Of a stretch of 64,000 bases of DNA, positions 33,401-48,400 are shown piece by piece. The notes below the pieces were generated by a model that saw nothing but the letters and a program-made list of their open reading frames with translations, was not told the DNA's origin and ran no database searches. Every line of letters starts with the position of its first letter. Position 1 is the stretch's first letter. The position numbers and the translations under genes are program-made. The DNA lies in the NCBI RefSeq assembly GCF_963921235.1, contig NC_086099.1:117180001-117244000 (forward strand), in the 5' to 3' direction. This stretch comes from Mobula hypostoma. Its lineage: Eukaryota.

Positions 33401-36400
33401 TTTCCCTTTGGTTCCCTGTTTTCCCGTGTCCCTCGGCCTTGGTGATTAGAGGCAATTTACTTTCAGCTGAACCGGTAGTTTATAGTCTCCAGCTTTCAGC
33501 TGTTTGGCGCGAGAGCTTCTGCAAAGTCACCAAGGTACGGCGTGCCGATGTCATCTGGCCAGAGCAAGCCTGGTCTCTGCCTGAAGCGAGTGCCGGTAAT
33601 TCGCCTTTCCTCGCCGGAGCAACCCTGTCAAGTTACCTCGCCAAAGCGAGCCTGCAAAGTTTCCTCACCGAGGTAGGTCCGTCAGTTAACCCGCCGGAGG
33701 GAATCAAGAACCACTGTCTACTGTTCCCGGGCCGAGTCGAGAGCTTGCCACTACCCGGAGGCTCCAAGTCAAGTCCTGGCCCTGGCGGCATCCAAGTACC
33801 AAGTCAAGTCCCGTCCGTGGCAGCGTCCAAGTTCCGAGTCAAGTCCTGGCCCTGGCGGCATCCACATACCGAGTCAAGTCCTGCCCTGGCGGCATCCACG
33901 TACCGAGTCAAGTCCTGGCCTTGGCGGCATCCAAGTTTCGAGTTAAGTCCTGGCCCTGGCAGTCTGTGATTCCTGTCCTACCCCCCTGTCTGATTCCCTT
34001 CTCTGTCCCTCTCGCCTCTAGCCCTCGTCTGCAGCCCTTGCCTGCACCTCGGTCTAGTTCTATAGCTGGAGCTAGATAGGTACTGTCTGGTGTTCTTTCA
34101 TGTCGGTCTTGTCTTGTCCTTGCCTCCGTGGGGTAGGTCTGGCCGTCTTGCTGTTGCCCCGCGGGGGGTCATGTCTTGTCTTGTCCTCGCCTCCGTGGGG
34201 TAAGTCAGGCCGTCTTGCCATTGCCCCGCGGAGGGTCATGAGTCCCGGCCCTATGTCCTGTACCCAAGGAGGGGTCCCGGCTCTCTGTTCTGTGTGTGAG
34301 TCCCGGCCCTATGTCCTGTACCCAAGGAGGGATCCGGACTCTGTGTTCTGTGTATGTGTCCATGGTTCCATGTACCTGCTCTCCCGAGACCGAGGCTCTG
34401 TGTTCCCATGTTTCTCCTCTCCCTAGCCCATGTCATGTCTATGCCTGGTCTGGGGTCTGAGCCCAAGGCAAGACCCAGGTACTGGGTCCTTGCCCAGTCC
34501 CCGGCTCAGAGTCCATACTGTAGTCTCTTCATGTCGCCTCTAGTTCTGGGATCCGATTCCCAGTCCAAGCCCAGACGCTTGTTCCAGCGTAGTCGTAGTC
34601 CTCAGTCCTTGTCTAGTTCGCTATTCCTGCTTCTGCTTTGCTCTCCTGGTATCAAACAATAAACTCAATTTAATTAACCTCACAAGATGTGTCTTGCATT
34701 TGGGTCCACCCTTGCTCCCAATGCCCTCCCCCATTGTGACACCCCAGGCTGCTCCACGAGGCAGGGGAAGAGATTGCTGAGCCTCTGACTAGGACCTTCA
34801 TGTCCTTGTTGTCCACGGGAATGGTACCAGAGGATTGGAGGGAGGCGAATGTTGTCCCCTTGTTCAAAAAAAGTAGTAGGGATAATCAAGGTAATTATAG
34901 ACCAGTGAGCCTTACATCTGTGGTGGGAAAGCTGTTGGAAAAGATTCTTAGAGATAGGATCTCTGGGCATTTAGAGAATCATGGTCTGATCAAGGATAGT
35001 CAGCATGGCTTTGTGAAGGGCAGATCGTGCCTAGTAAGCCTGATAGGGTTCTTTGAGGAGGAGATCAGGCATATAGATGAGGGTAGTGCAGTGGATGTGA
35101 TCTATATGGATTTTAGTAAGGCATTTGACAAGGTTCCACACGGTAGGCTTATTCAGAAAGTCAGAAGGCATGGGATCCAGGGAAGTTTGGCCAGGTGATT
35201 CAGAATTGGCTTGACTGCAGAAGGCAGAGGGTCATGGTGGAGGGAGTACATTCAGATTGGAGGATTGTGACTAGTGGTGTCCCACAAGGATCTGTTCTGG
35301 GACCTCTACTTTTCATGATTTTTATTAACGACCTGGATGTGGGGGTAGAAGGGTGGGTTGGCAAGTTTGCAGATGACACAAAGGTTGGTGGTGTTGTAGA
35401 TAGTGTAGAGGATTGTTAAAGTTTGCGGAGAGACATTGATAGGATGCAGAAGTGGGCTGAGAAGTGGCAGACGGAGTTCAACCCAGAGAAGTGTGAGGTG
35501 GTACACTTTGAAAGGACAAACTCCAAGGCAGAGTACAAAGTAAATGCCCGGATACTTGGTAGTGTGGAGGAGCAGAGGGATCTGGGGGTACATGTCCACA
35601 GATCACTGAAAGTTGCCTCACAGGTGGATAGGGTAGTTAAGAAAGCTTATGGGGTGTTAGCTTTCATAAGTTGAAGGATAGAGTTTAAGAGTCGCGATGT
35701 AATGATGCAGCTCTATAAAACTCTGGTTAGGCCACACGTGGAGTATTGTGTCCAGTTCTGGTTGCCTCACTATAGGAAGGATGTGGGAGCATTGGAAAGG
35801 GTACAGAGGAGATTTACTAGAATGATGCCTGGTTTAGAGAGTATGCATAATGATCAGAGATTAAGGGAGCTAGGGCTTTACTCTTTGGAGAGAAGGAGGA
35901 TAAGAGGAGACATGATAGAGGTGTACAAGATAATAAGAGGAATAGATAGAGTGGATAGCCTGCGCCTCTTCCCCAGGACACCTCTGCTCAATACAAGAGG
36001 ACATGGCTTTAAGGTAAGGGATGGGAAGTTCAAGGGGGATATTAGAGGAAGGTTTTTTACTCAGAGAGTGGTTGGTGCATGGAATGCACTGCCTGAGTCA
36101 GTGGTGGAGGCAGATACACTAGTGAAGTTTAAGAGACTACTAGACAGGTATATGAAGGAATTTAAGGTGGGGTCTTATATGGGAGGCAGAGTTTGAGGGT
36201 CGGCACAACATTGTGGGCCGAAGGGCCTGTACTGTGTTGTACTATTCTATGTTCTATGTTCTATGTTCTATGTACTCACCATGTCCCCTACTACCACCCC
36301 AAAGTTCTTTCTGGCCACCTTATATTTCTCAAGAGTCCTGTCTGATCATTGCTTCCTGAACCTTAAGTATTCTGCTTTATTGCTCTCAACTAGTTGTTCC

Positions 36401-39400
36401 ATATCTCTTGTCAACCATGGTTCCTTCACCCTACCACCCTTTCCCTTCCTCATTCAGACAAACCTATACAGGACTGCATGCAGAGAGCCCACTGACACTC
36501 ACTCCTCCTGGTATTCACTTCTGTTGCCGTGCGTGCCTCCACATTTACAGAATCTGCCATGTACCTTCCTGATCTACACTCTTTCTCATTCCTTCTCTGA
36601 TGTTTACACTGTCACATGCACATTCTGCATTGCTTCAGTCTTATGTAACCAGTCTCCTTGATCTATCATATGTGCACCCTCTCCTATGAAAACTCCTCTC
36701 CATTCACTCGTGTCCACACCCATTCATAAACCCAGCTGCTTTAATTGACCCCTCTCCTCATTCCAATTCTTTTCAGAATTAATACTCTTCATGCCCATAT
36801 GCACTGATTCTCGCACAATTTTCTCAGCTGAACAACCTGCTCGTTTAATCCTCTGATGCATACATCCTTCCTGTGCATTCATACTGTATAATCTGGATGA
36901 TGAGTGACCCAGAGCACGTGCAGGCCCTTCCTCTCTGCATTAGTTGCCAAAAGCCTTTCTTCCTGTGTTCATTTTAGCTCAGCTGTATTTCACCTGGATA
37001 CAATGTTGAAAGTGAGGAACTTTCCTTCAGAGATTCAAGAGACAACCATATTTAATGGAGTTAAGTATTGAAGTCAAGTAACATTTGATTACCAAAAATG
37101 TTACCACTCGTCCAGTCCTAAAGAAGGGTGCTGGCCTAAAACGTGAACTGTTTATTAATGTCCATAAGGCTATATCATTTGGCCCATCAAGTCTGCTCTG
37201 CCATTTCATCATGAGTGACCCATTTCTCCTCTCCTACCTTCTTCCTGTATTCCTTCATGCCTGACCAATCAAAATCTATCAATCTTTGCCTTAAATATAC
37301 GGAAAGACTTGGCCTCCACAGCTCTCTGTGGCAAAGAATTCCACAGATTCACCACTCTCTGACTGAAGAAATCCCTGCTCATTTCCATTTTAAAAGGACA
37401 CCCCTTTATTTCAAGGCTGCGTCCTCTTGTCTTAGGCTCTCCCACCACAGGTAACATCCACTCTAGCAAGGCCTTTCACCATTCAATGGGTTTCAATTAG
37501 GTCTCCGCACATTCTTCTGAATATAGGCCCAGAGCCATCAAACGCTTTTCATATGATAAATCATTCAATCCTGGAATAATTTTTATGAACCTCCAGTTTC
37601 AGCACATTGTTAATTTCTATAAATGCTATCTGACCTGCCTAATTTCCTTAGCATTTTGGGTCTGTTGCTTTGGATTTCCAGCATCTGCAGAATCTCAGGT
37701 TTTTGTTACCAATGTCTATCTGAATGTTGCAAATAACTTGGATGTGATCAGTGACCCCATTAACGAAGGTGGAGAATCCCTCATTTTTTCATCACTTACC
37801 CATCCATTCGAATTGCTCACCCAGCTTATGAGCTTTGTATCAATAAATGTTTTCAAGGCAGCCCCAATTTCTTCAATTAGGCTTGGCATCTGTTTCATAG
37901 TTTGCATTCCCAATGAAGCTGAGATCTTCAGCAGATTTTCTTCAACTGCAAGTTCCTTCCCACTGGACCAGTTCTGGAAGATTCTGTTCACTGTGCTGGA
38001 AAATAGCTCACATGCCTTTGGAGTAAGTGAGAGACAGGGGGTTCACTTAAAAGATGGCTCAGTGTTTTTACCTTCCTTTTACAGTTCTATACCTCTGAAT
38101 AACCCTTTGCCATCTTTATTCAGCTTTAACCTCAATCCTGCAACCTTCTTCAACCCCATCAGGCCATAGGGCCTTAAGACTTATGAGCAGAATTAGGCCA
38201 CTCATCCTATTGAGGGTGTTCTGCCATTCAACTAACCCTGTGATGTATTTGACCTTCTACTGTTTGGGCCTTTTAAGTGGCAAGTGGCAGCACTGCCTTT
38301 AGCTGCTAAGGGCTTCAGCTCTGAAATCCTTCTGTCATCTCTGACCCCTTTGCATTTCAGCAGGAGATTGTGGGTTGAAGCCTCACTCAAGAAACTTCAG
38401 CATTAAAGTCTATGCTGATATGCTGAAAAATAACAACCACAGCTTTATAGCTAATCAACAATTTTGGAATTGTAGTCATTGTAGTAATGCAGGAAATATG
38501 AAGTCAATTTTCCCCCATAAAGACACAAGAATAATACCAATGTCCAGATAATTTATGTCAGTGGTGTTTAGTGCTTGATATTGGGATTCCTGAGATATAT
38601 AGGTTAGTAGGTTAATTGGTCAGAAGTTGAGATGTAGTGTTCAAGTTGTGTAAGGTGTTGGTGAGGCCTAATTTGAAGACATATGTGCAGTCCTATCTGC
38701 AGGAAATATAAGACTGAAAGAGTACAGGATGTTGCAGGGTCTCTCAAGGCCCTGATTTATAGGGAAAGGCTGGATAAGTCAGGACTTTATTCCTTGGGGC
38801 ATTGAAAAACAAGGGAAGATTTGACAGATGTGTTTCAGATTATGAGGGATATTGATAGGGTACATGCAGGCAGGCTTTTTCACGAAGGTTGGGTGATGAG
38901 GCTAGAACTGGAGGTCATAGGTTAAGGGTGAAAGGTGAAATTCTTAAGGGGAACATAAGAGGGAAATTCTTCTCTTAGAGGGAGGGGAGAGTGTGGAACA
39001 AGCTGCCAGTGGAAGTGGTGGTTACGGGTTTGATTTCAGCATTTAAGAGAAATTGGGAGAAGTATATGAATGGAGGGGTATGGAGGCCTACAGTATGGGT
39101 GCAGGTCGATGGGACTAGACACAGTCTAGAGGGGCCAAAGGGCCTGTTTCTCTGCTGTAATGCTGTATGACAATGCCATTATGATGTGGGTGTAATTGGG
39201 TGGCACGAGTTCATTGGGCCTGTTACCCTGCAGTACTTCTACATAAATAAAAATATCAATATAACACTGTTATTAAAGATATTGTAGCAGGGAATTTCAA
39301 AAAAAGCCAAGATAATCAGGCAAAGTCAGAAAGATCTTGAGAAAGGAAAATCATGTTCGACCAATGTATTAGAGGTCTGAAGAAATGTCGTGCTATAGAT

Positions 39401-42400
39401 ATAGATAAGATGCATTATATACAGAAGGCATTTTTGAAAATGCAGAAAATCGAAGCTCATAGTGTAGGTGATTGCTTTGCTGGGTCGAGAGTAAGGGCAC
39501 CCCTTGCTTAATGGTATTGGTCTATGCCATTAAAAAGGCTGGGGGCACCCTGTCTAGAGGATTGGCTAGCAAACAAGAAATAAAGGGTAGAGTCTGATGA
39601 ATCTTTATTTTTATGGTAGGTTTAATGTAACCAGTGAATGCCAGAAAGATTAATGCTTGAATTTTTACAATATAGATAAATAACTTGATGGTGTATTTAA
39701 TATTTCAGAAATATTTGAGTAATATTGGAAATATATTGTTTGATTAAGCATTCTTTGTTTAAATAATTCATTAAGGGTTATACATAAAAGTACGTGAATG
39801 ACATACATCATTACGCCACTATGTCATATGTTTGTGCCTCATTAAAGTAAAACAAAACTAAACACATGCACCCCAGACTCACGTGTATTTTTTTCGATTA
39901 GTTTATGTTTTGGAGTTACAAACCATAACAAAAATATAAATGGGTGAGTTAGTAAGTTTGCAGATGATACAAAGGTCGGTGGTGTAGTGAATAGCATAAA
40001 TGGCTGGCAAAGGATACAGCGGGATTTTAGATTTGTTGCAGGTATAGACAGAGAAATAGCAGATGGAATTTAACCTGACCAAATGTTAAGTATTGCACCT
40101 TGGTGGGTCAAAGGTAAAGAGACTTGTTAAAGGCAAGACTCTAAATGTGAGCAGAGAGATCTTGTGGTCCAAGTTCATAGCTCCACGAAAGTTGCTGCGC
40201 AGTTTGACGGAGTAGTTAAGATGGTACATGAGATTAGTTGACATATTGAATTCAGAAGTCAAGAATTTATGTTTCAGCTTTATAAAACCCTAGTTAGGCT
40301 GCATCTGGAGTATTGCATGCAGTTCAGGTCATCCTATTTCAGGAAGGATGTCGAGGCTTTGGAAAAGGTACCTGGATTAGAGGGCATGTGCTATAATGAG
40401 AGGTTGGACAAACTTGGGTTATTTTCTCTGAAGCAGCACAGGCTGCGGGGAGATCTGATAAGGGTTTATAGAATTATGGCAGGTATAAATAGAGGAGACA
40501 GACAGTATCTTTTTCTCAGGGTTGAAATGTCTAATACCAGAGGCATGCATTTAAGGCAAGAGGGGGTAGTTTTAAAGGAGATATGAGCGGCAAGTTTTTA
40601 AACAGAGCATGGCAGGTGCCTGGAGTGAGTTGCCCAGGTGGTAGTAGGATGAGATACAGTACATTCGGGACTTTAAGAGATGTTTGGACAGGCACATGAA
40701 TGTGAGGAAAATGGTAGGGTGTGGACACTGTGCAGGCAGGCAGAAGGGATTTGTTCACTTGGCCATTTCATTAGTTATTGGTTGGACACAACATTGTGGG
40801 CCAAAGGGCCTGTGCCTGTGTGCTGTATCGTCCCCTGTTCTAAATTTGCTGACAATTCAAAGTTAGGTCAGAAAGTAAGTTGTGAGGGGGCATTCAGGGG
40901 TTACAAATGGACATATAGATAGGTTAAATGAATGGGCAAAGATCCAGAAATTGGAGTGTAAAGTGGATAAATGTAGAAATGTCCATTTTGATAGGAAACA
41001 TTTAAGAGAAACATATAATTTAAATAATGAGATTATAGTACACAGCAATATGAAGGGGTCTAAGTGATCCATTTGTGAAAAGTTGGTGTGCAGGTGCAGC
41101 AAATAATTAGGAAAGCCAACAGAATATTGTTGTTTATTATGAGGGAAAAGACTTAAAAGAAGGGAGGTAGTGCTTCATTTAAGAGACATTGGTGAGACCA
41201 TGTGTGGAATATGGTGTATAGAGTATCGAAGAATTTGCCAGAAACAATTGAGAAACAAAATGTTTACCAGATTCAACCTTGAAAGGGCAGGCTGTATTAT
41301 GAGGAAAGGTCAAAATGGCTCAATTTGCATAATTGGTGTGTAGAAGCTTGAGAGGGGTTTAGTGGAATCATGTAAGATCCTGTGAGATCTTAACAGGGTG
41401 GATGTGCAGAGGATATTCCTCTGGGAATATCTAGAGCCAGATGTTGCCTTTAAAAATAAAGATTCATGAAAACTGAGAAGAGTCAATAGTTTGTTTTCAA
41501 AGTGTGTGAGTCTTCAGAACTTTGTTCCTTAGAATGCAGTCTTTGAATATTATTTAAGACAGAGGTGGATAGATATTAGGGAAAGAAGGAAGCTGTGAGG
41601 GAAGTTAAGGCTGCATGGATCAGCCATGATTATGGGAATGGCAGAGCTGTCTTGAGGAGCCAAGTAATGAAATCCTGCTCCTAATTCATACGTCAATGTG
41701 CTAACATGATTGGGGAGTAATATTGGCTAATATTTGGGGAAACCTCTATGAATAGCTGTGTGAGATCTATAACCATTTGTGACGGCAGACCAATATCGCT
41801 AACAAACCATCAGGACATGGGAACGAGGTGTGAGCTTACAGTCTTCTGACTGATCAGACACTTGCCATCCAGAGAGTTTGCTAGAATTCTGCTCAGTCCA
41901 TACACTCCACATGCTCAAGATGTCCTCAAAGGCATTGTAGACTCCATTTTAACTCAATTGCAGTACTTCTGACAGGATTGCATCGTGTCATAGAGTCACC
42001 CAAAATCTTTTTCTTGGGAAAAGGTATCAACTTGGCTAATGGTAAAGTTTGTTCACCTACCTGGTCCTTTGCATGGTTTGCTATGAGTGTTTGAAATTCA
42101 TTTGAGAAGGAATTCAAGTGCTCCTGGTTTATCAGGTCTCCCATCTCCCGCAGTCTGTGTGCTAAGGATTTGATCGCCTGCTTTTCTAAATCACAGAATA
42201 AAAATCAAAATAAACACAAAGGCTATAAATCTGAAATAAAATTGAATGTGTTGAAGTACTCAGCAGGTCAGACAGCATCTGTGGAGAGAAGCAGAGAAGA
42301 CGCAGAGTTATGCATTTGAAAAGATCCCGCATGGTAACCCGATCAAGAAGGTTATGGCGTGTAGAATCCAAAGCAAGCTGGCTAACGGGCTTGATAATAG

Positions 42401-45400
42401 GAGGTAAAGGGCAATGATGGAAGGAATTCCCTCTGATCGGAGTTTATAAGAACAAGAATCAGTGCTAAGAGCTTTGCTGCTTGTGATATATATTACCAAC
42501 TTGGATATAAATGTGGGAAGTCTGGTTAGTAAGCTTGCGAGTGACAAGAAACCTGGTGTTATTACAGCCAGCACAGAAGGTTGCCTATATAAAGCAGTTT
42601 ATAAATTAGATGGAGAGTTGTGTTGGAGTTGTTGAATGGAACTTAATCTCAACAATTGCAAGGTGATGTATTTTGGGAAGTCAAATTGGAGTAGGACATA
42701 CAGTAAATGATGGAGTACTGATGAACAGAGAGAATGAGGGGTCCATTGTTCCCTGAAAGTAGCAACACAGCTTGACAGAAAGGTAAAGAAAGCATAGTGT
42801 AACCTTGCTTTCGTAAGTGACGACATAGAATGTAAGATTTGGATCATTATTTTCCAACTGTATAATTAAACATCGGTCAGGCTGCACTTGGAGTACTGTG
42901 TGAAAATCAGGTCACCATGCTGCAGGAAGGATATGATTGCATTGGTGACAGTGCAGCAGAGATTCATCACCATATTGATTGGAAAGGAGGACTTCAGTCA
43001 GTGAGAGAAATTGGGTAGGATGGACTCGTTTTCCTGGAGCAAAGGAAGCTGAGGGATGAACTGCTAGAAATATGTATGATTATGGGAAGTGTGTTTGGGA
43101 GAGATTGTCAAAATCATTTGCTGACAAAAGGGACATCAAAAGAAGAGACAAAAGATTAAAATGAGAGGAAGAATTTTAAAGGGGATCCGAGGGGTATTTT
43201 TTTCACCAGTATAAATAGTTGGTATTTGGAATGTGCTGCCAATGGAGGTGATGGATTTAGATACAATTACTGTGATTAAGAGGTACAGTATTTAGACAGA
43301 CAATTGATAGGCAAGATATAGAAGTATACAGCTTTAATGCAAGCTATGAGCTTTGTGTAGGTAGGCAAAATGGACGGCATGGGTGGCCCAAAGGGTTCGT
43401 TTCTATATCGTATTTCAAGTTGATGTGGCGGATCCCATCCCACACATGCCCTTTTTTTTCTCTATCTTCCTTCCTTCTTTTCAACTTAAAATGTTTGTTT
43501 TCCAGCATTCCAGGCTCATCATCCTGAAATGTAAACATCATCTGCTGCTGCTCGACACCAATGGCTCATGACCCATGAAGTATCTCCAGCATTCGCTGTG
43601 TTTTTATACTGTGTACATGTCCAGTACACATGTTGGTGCAAGGCCAAGTGGTTAAGGTATTGGTCTAGTGATCTGAAGGTCGCTATTTCGAGACTCAGCT
43701 GAGTCAGCTTGTTGTGTCCTTGAGCAAGGCACTTAACCACACATTGTTCTGCAACGACATCGGTGCCAAGCTGTATGGGTCCTAATGCCCTTCCCTTGGA
43801 CAACATTGGGTGGTGTGGAGAGGGGTGAGTTGCAGCATGGGCAACTGCCAGTCTTCCATACAACCTTACCCAGGCCTCACGAGATCCATGGTCTCATGAG
43901 ACTAACAGATGCCTATATGTCCAGTAATTTATCCATTTTTACAGATACCTAAGCATTCATTTAAGATCTCCCCCATCTCTTTTGGATCCACACGCTGATT
44001 ACCACTCTGATCTTCCAGAGGACCGATTATTACAGAGGATGCACACAATTACAGGGTATATTACTAGAGAGGGTAAAATACTGTGTCTAGTTATGGGTAA
44101 ACTATGGGGTATAAAAGTAGGGTAGATAATGAGCATAACTCTGTGATCTCTGTCTCAGAGGCCAACGTCAGGCTACCTTTTAAGAGAGTGAACCCTCACA
44201 AGCTGGCAGGCCCGGATGGAGTACCTGGTAAGGTTCCGAAAACTTGTGCCAAACAACTTGTGGGAATGTTCAAAGACATTTTCAATCTCTCACAATTTCC
44301 ACCTGCTTCAAAAGGGGAACAATTATAACCAGTAGCACTCATATCTCATCATCATCATCATCATCAGGTGCCATGCTCAGTTTGAGCTTTGACTGCCATG
44401 GCCCACACACTCCTGTTTCAGGTCAAGTGGATCAATTCATTGGTATTCATTTCCAATTCTCTGGCTGCTGTCTCCATCATCATTTGTCTTTGTCTTCCTC
44501 TTGCTTTCTTCCCTTCAATCTTTCCCATAATTACCGTGCATTCTAACTCCTCTTTCCTAATCACATATCCAATGAAGTTACGTTGCCTTTTCATGATCTC
44601 ATACATTATCTCTCTTTTTGTGTTTGCTCTGTTCATGACATCCTCGTTAGATATTCATTTTGTCCATGATACTCTTTTCATCCTCCTCAAAAACCACATC
44701 TCTGCTGCTGCAATTCATTTCCTCATGTTACTAGATATAGTCCAACATTCTGATCCATATAACATAACTGCATAAACATAACATTTCAGTACTCTGGGGT
44801 GGGTTGTCATGCCTAGTTTAGTATTGGTCAGTATACTCTTCATTCTCGTAAAGGTGTCTTTTGCCATCCCTATTCTTCTTTTGATGTCCAAGTCGCACCT
44901 GCCATCTGATGTCACCCAGCTTCCTAAGTAGCAAAAGTTCTGTACTTGTTTTATGTCTTCCCCATTTATTCTCAGCCTGCAGATAGGATTCTCCTTCTTT
45001 TTGGATATTACCATACATTCTATCTTTTTGCAATTGATAGATAGACCCATTTTTGCACTTTCTTCAACAATTACATCAATTAAGTTTTGTAGTTCTTCCT
45101 CCGTACTTGCAATTAATCTGCATAGCTGAAATTATTGATGTTTTCACCACCAACTTTGATTCCCAAGATGTCTCTTATTTTTTGTAATATTGTTTCACTG
45201 TACACATTAAATAAATCAGGGGAGCAAACACATCCTTATCTAATGCCTCACTTGATTTTCGTAAACTGACTCACTTCTCCATCTATTCTTACAGCAGCAG
45301 TTTGTTCTCAGTACAGATTTCTGATTAGGTGGAGGTCTTTCGAATCTAGATCTAGAGTTTTCTGTAATATTTCAAGTAACTTGCTGTGTTTCACTGTATC

Positions 45401-48400
45401 AAATGCTTCTGTGTAGTCGATAAAACAAACAAATAAATCGTTTTGCACTTGAATAGCTCGTTCTGATAGTATCCTTAACATTAATATTGCATTTCTTGTA
45501 CCTTTGTCTTTTACAAAATCACATTGTTCTTTGCCTATTTCAGCTTGTATCTTACTTTTAGCTCTTGTCATCAAAATTCTTAAAAGTATCTTGGTGATAT
45601 GACTCACTAAACTTCTGGTCCCATGTAATTCACATTCTATTGCTCCAGCTTTCTTAGGAAGAGTGATAAATACTGATTTTTTTTATCTCTGCAGGTATTA
45701 TTCCAGTCTCATAAATGTCATTGATTGAATCAGTAAGTTTTCCAATTCCATAATCTTCAAGGGCAATAATTTGTTCTATTACTAATTCATCAGGACCTGC
45801 TGCCTTTCCTTTCTTCATCTTATTTATTGCATTACGAGCTTCAGATTTTAAAATACTTGGACCTTCAATGTTTTTTCTTAATTTCTGGTTTTTCGCCTCA
45901 ATTGTCTTCAGTGTACTCAGCCCATCTGTTCATAATCTTATCTTTTCCAATGATATTGGTACCATCCTTTGCTTTCAAACATCCACCTGAAGAACAGAGG
46001 AGCTTTTTACCAGTGATAATCTTGATTTGTTGATTTAACCTTTTTTGGATCAGTAATATGGATTCTTTCTATTTGCTCACATTCCTGGTTTAACCATTCT
46101 TCTTTGGCTTTTTGACATAAGCTTTTAACTTTTTTATCAAAGGACTTATATTCTATAGGGTTTGCTTTCTTCTGTCTCCTTTCTTCCATTAGATTTTTGA
46201 TTTCATCTGTCATCCCTTTATTCTTTTTGCTTTTTTCTTTTTTAGCAATCACTAACTTTGCTGAATCTACCAAGGCATCCTTCAAAGAGTTAAATTTCAT
46301 TTCTATATGATTGCTATCATCTTCAACAGATTCTATTTCTAGACTTTGAAATCTATTCCTTACTTCATTTGTAAATTTTTGTCTTTGGTTTTCTTCTTTA
46401 AGTAATTACAAGTAGTCAAGGCATTGTTCAGGTTTTTGCTTCTTTAGTTTTTTAAGTTTTACTTTTACATGACATATTACTGGGTTATGGTCGGGATTAC
46501 AGTCTGCACCTGGATAAATTTTGCATTGATTCACTGAGTTTCTAAATCTTTGGTTTATAGTTGTAAGGGAGTTTTGTCTTTTATGTTACCGTGGAGGTTA
46601 ATTAAAATAGCTTCTTTGTTATGTTATAATCGGGAATGCTTCTTTGTTATGTTAAACGCTGAGAAAGCTTTGCGCTAGCAGCTTGTTGTGGGTTTAGGGG
46701 GTGATAAGAGGATGCTATGAACAAATTGGGATAGTTGTTGTGATTTTGGTGTATCTGGAAGATTTGTATGTGCGGGGTTTTGAGGCAGAAGGCGGGAGAG
46801 CGAGACAGAGGATGGACCAGGTTCTGTGATGTCCTCTAACAGGGTCAGACCCCGAGGAGGGCGTTTGGCGAGGAGACGGAGACGGACTCGTGTGGAGCGA
46901 CTGGTCGACCACCGCTGTTGGTCCCACGCGTCCGGTCGAGGTGGTCCGAGGGGTCGCAGGGTGAAGAAGAAGGCTCTTGAACTCCAACTGTTTTGTGCAT
47001 GAAGAGATTGAACTTTGATAAGTGTGGCGCCTTTTATTTTCCTTTTATATTTTATTCTCTATTAATTATACAGTTCCAGTAATATCTATAAACTGTAAAT
47101 CATTTAATCTTATCTGGTGTATTGTCTGTTATTTGGGCGGGGTGGGGTACATCACACAGAATCCACACAAACTAATTACCCAGTTTGGCAGGGCCGAGGG
47201 TTGTTTCCCTAGACGACAGCGAGCCAAGCGACCCCGAGGGTGGCCAGGGGGGCCACATAGTAATAAAGTCAATTTGATTTCTAGTGTTATCACCTGGACT
47301 TTTCCAGGTCCACAAGTATCTTGGATGGTTTTTAAAGTAGGTATTCATAATGACCTGATTATTCATCTTGCACCAGTCAACCCATTTCCCACCTCTTTCG
47401 TTTCTTTCCCCTAGTCCAAATTTTCCTATGGTATTTCCATCAGCACCTTGTCCTACTTTAGCATTTAGATCTCCCTTGACAATAACAATATCTTGAGATT
47501 TGCATCCATTCTTTGCTTGTTTATTCATAGAATTTATCTATATCTTCATTTGTTCCATCTGTTGTTGGTGCATATACCTGTATAATTGCTAAATCAAATG
47601 GTTGTCCTCTGAATCTAACAAGAAGCACTCTTTCTGATATTGCCCAATGTCCTAAAACACTATTTGCAATGTTTTCATCCATAAAAATTCCTACTCCATT
47701 AGTATGGGATGTTCCACAAGAATAAACTAATCTGACATATTCCAGCACCTATCCAACAAACTTCGCTAATTCCTATGATGTTAATCTTTAGTCTTTCCAT
47801 TTCATTTATCACATTGTCCAATTTTCCTGCTTGATATAGGGTTCTTACATTCCAAGTGGCAATAATTTTCTTTTGTGTTACTTTAATTTTATGAGCAGTA
47901 GCTTGATGACGGTCAGGGATCCCCTGCTGGCCAGAATCAACCCTACAGAGCGAAACATCTTCAGAGTTGTCTTGAAGATCCTGTTGACGCTGGTGTTGTG
48001 TGATACATTTTGTGAGTTTGACCACGGTTTTCTTAGCAAATTTCAATGGTGGTTTGCTATTGCCTTCCGTTGGGCAAACTAAAGAAATCGCCATTTTTCT
48101 TCCCAAATGTTCATCTGCCTGTACAATAGCCATTGACATTTGAGGTCCTAGCTCATCCACTTTGTCCATGATAAGTTCAGTTACTGAACCTGCCAGATCT
48201 GCTGTTGGCTCTCGCTTGTATCTGGAGCAGGAACCCTTGCAGGTGCCACCATTCCGGGTCAGAGCGGCCCTGGAAGCAATGAATGACTAGGAGTAACTCC
48301 ACTTTCCCCAAAGCTCTGAAAGTCCCCAATCAGAGCCTCATCACTGGTTGCAATTTAGAGTCATACACAGGACTGACTCATATCTACAGTGATGAAATGC

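Noticed and set aside
43632-43710. tRNA gene (also at 54790)
   Set aside because: tRNA-like head joined to a shared non-tRNA body in two dispersed copies, so it is a SINE.
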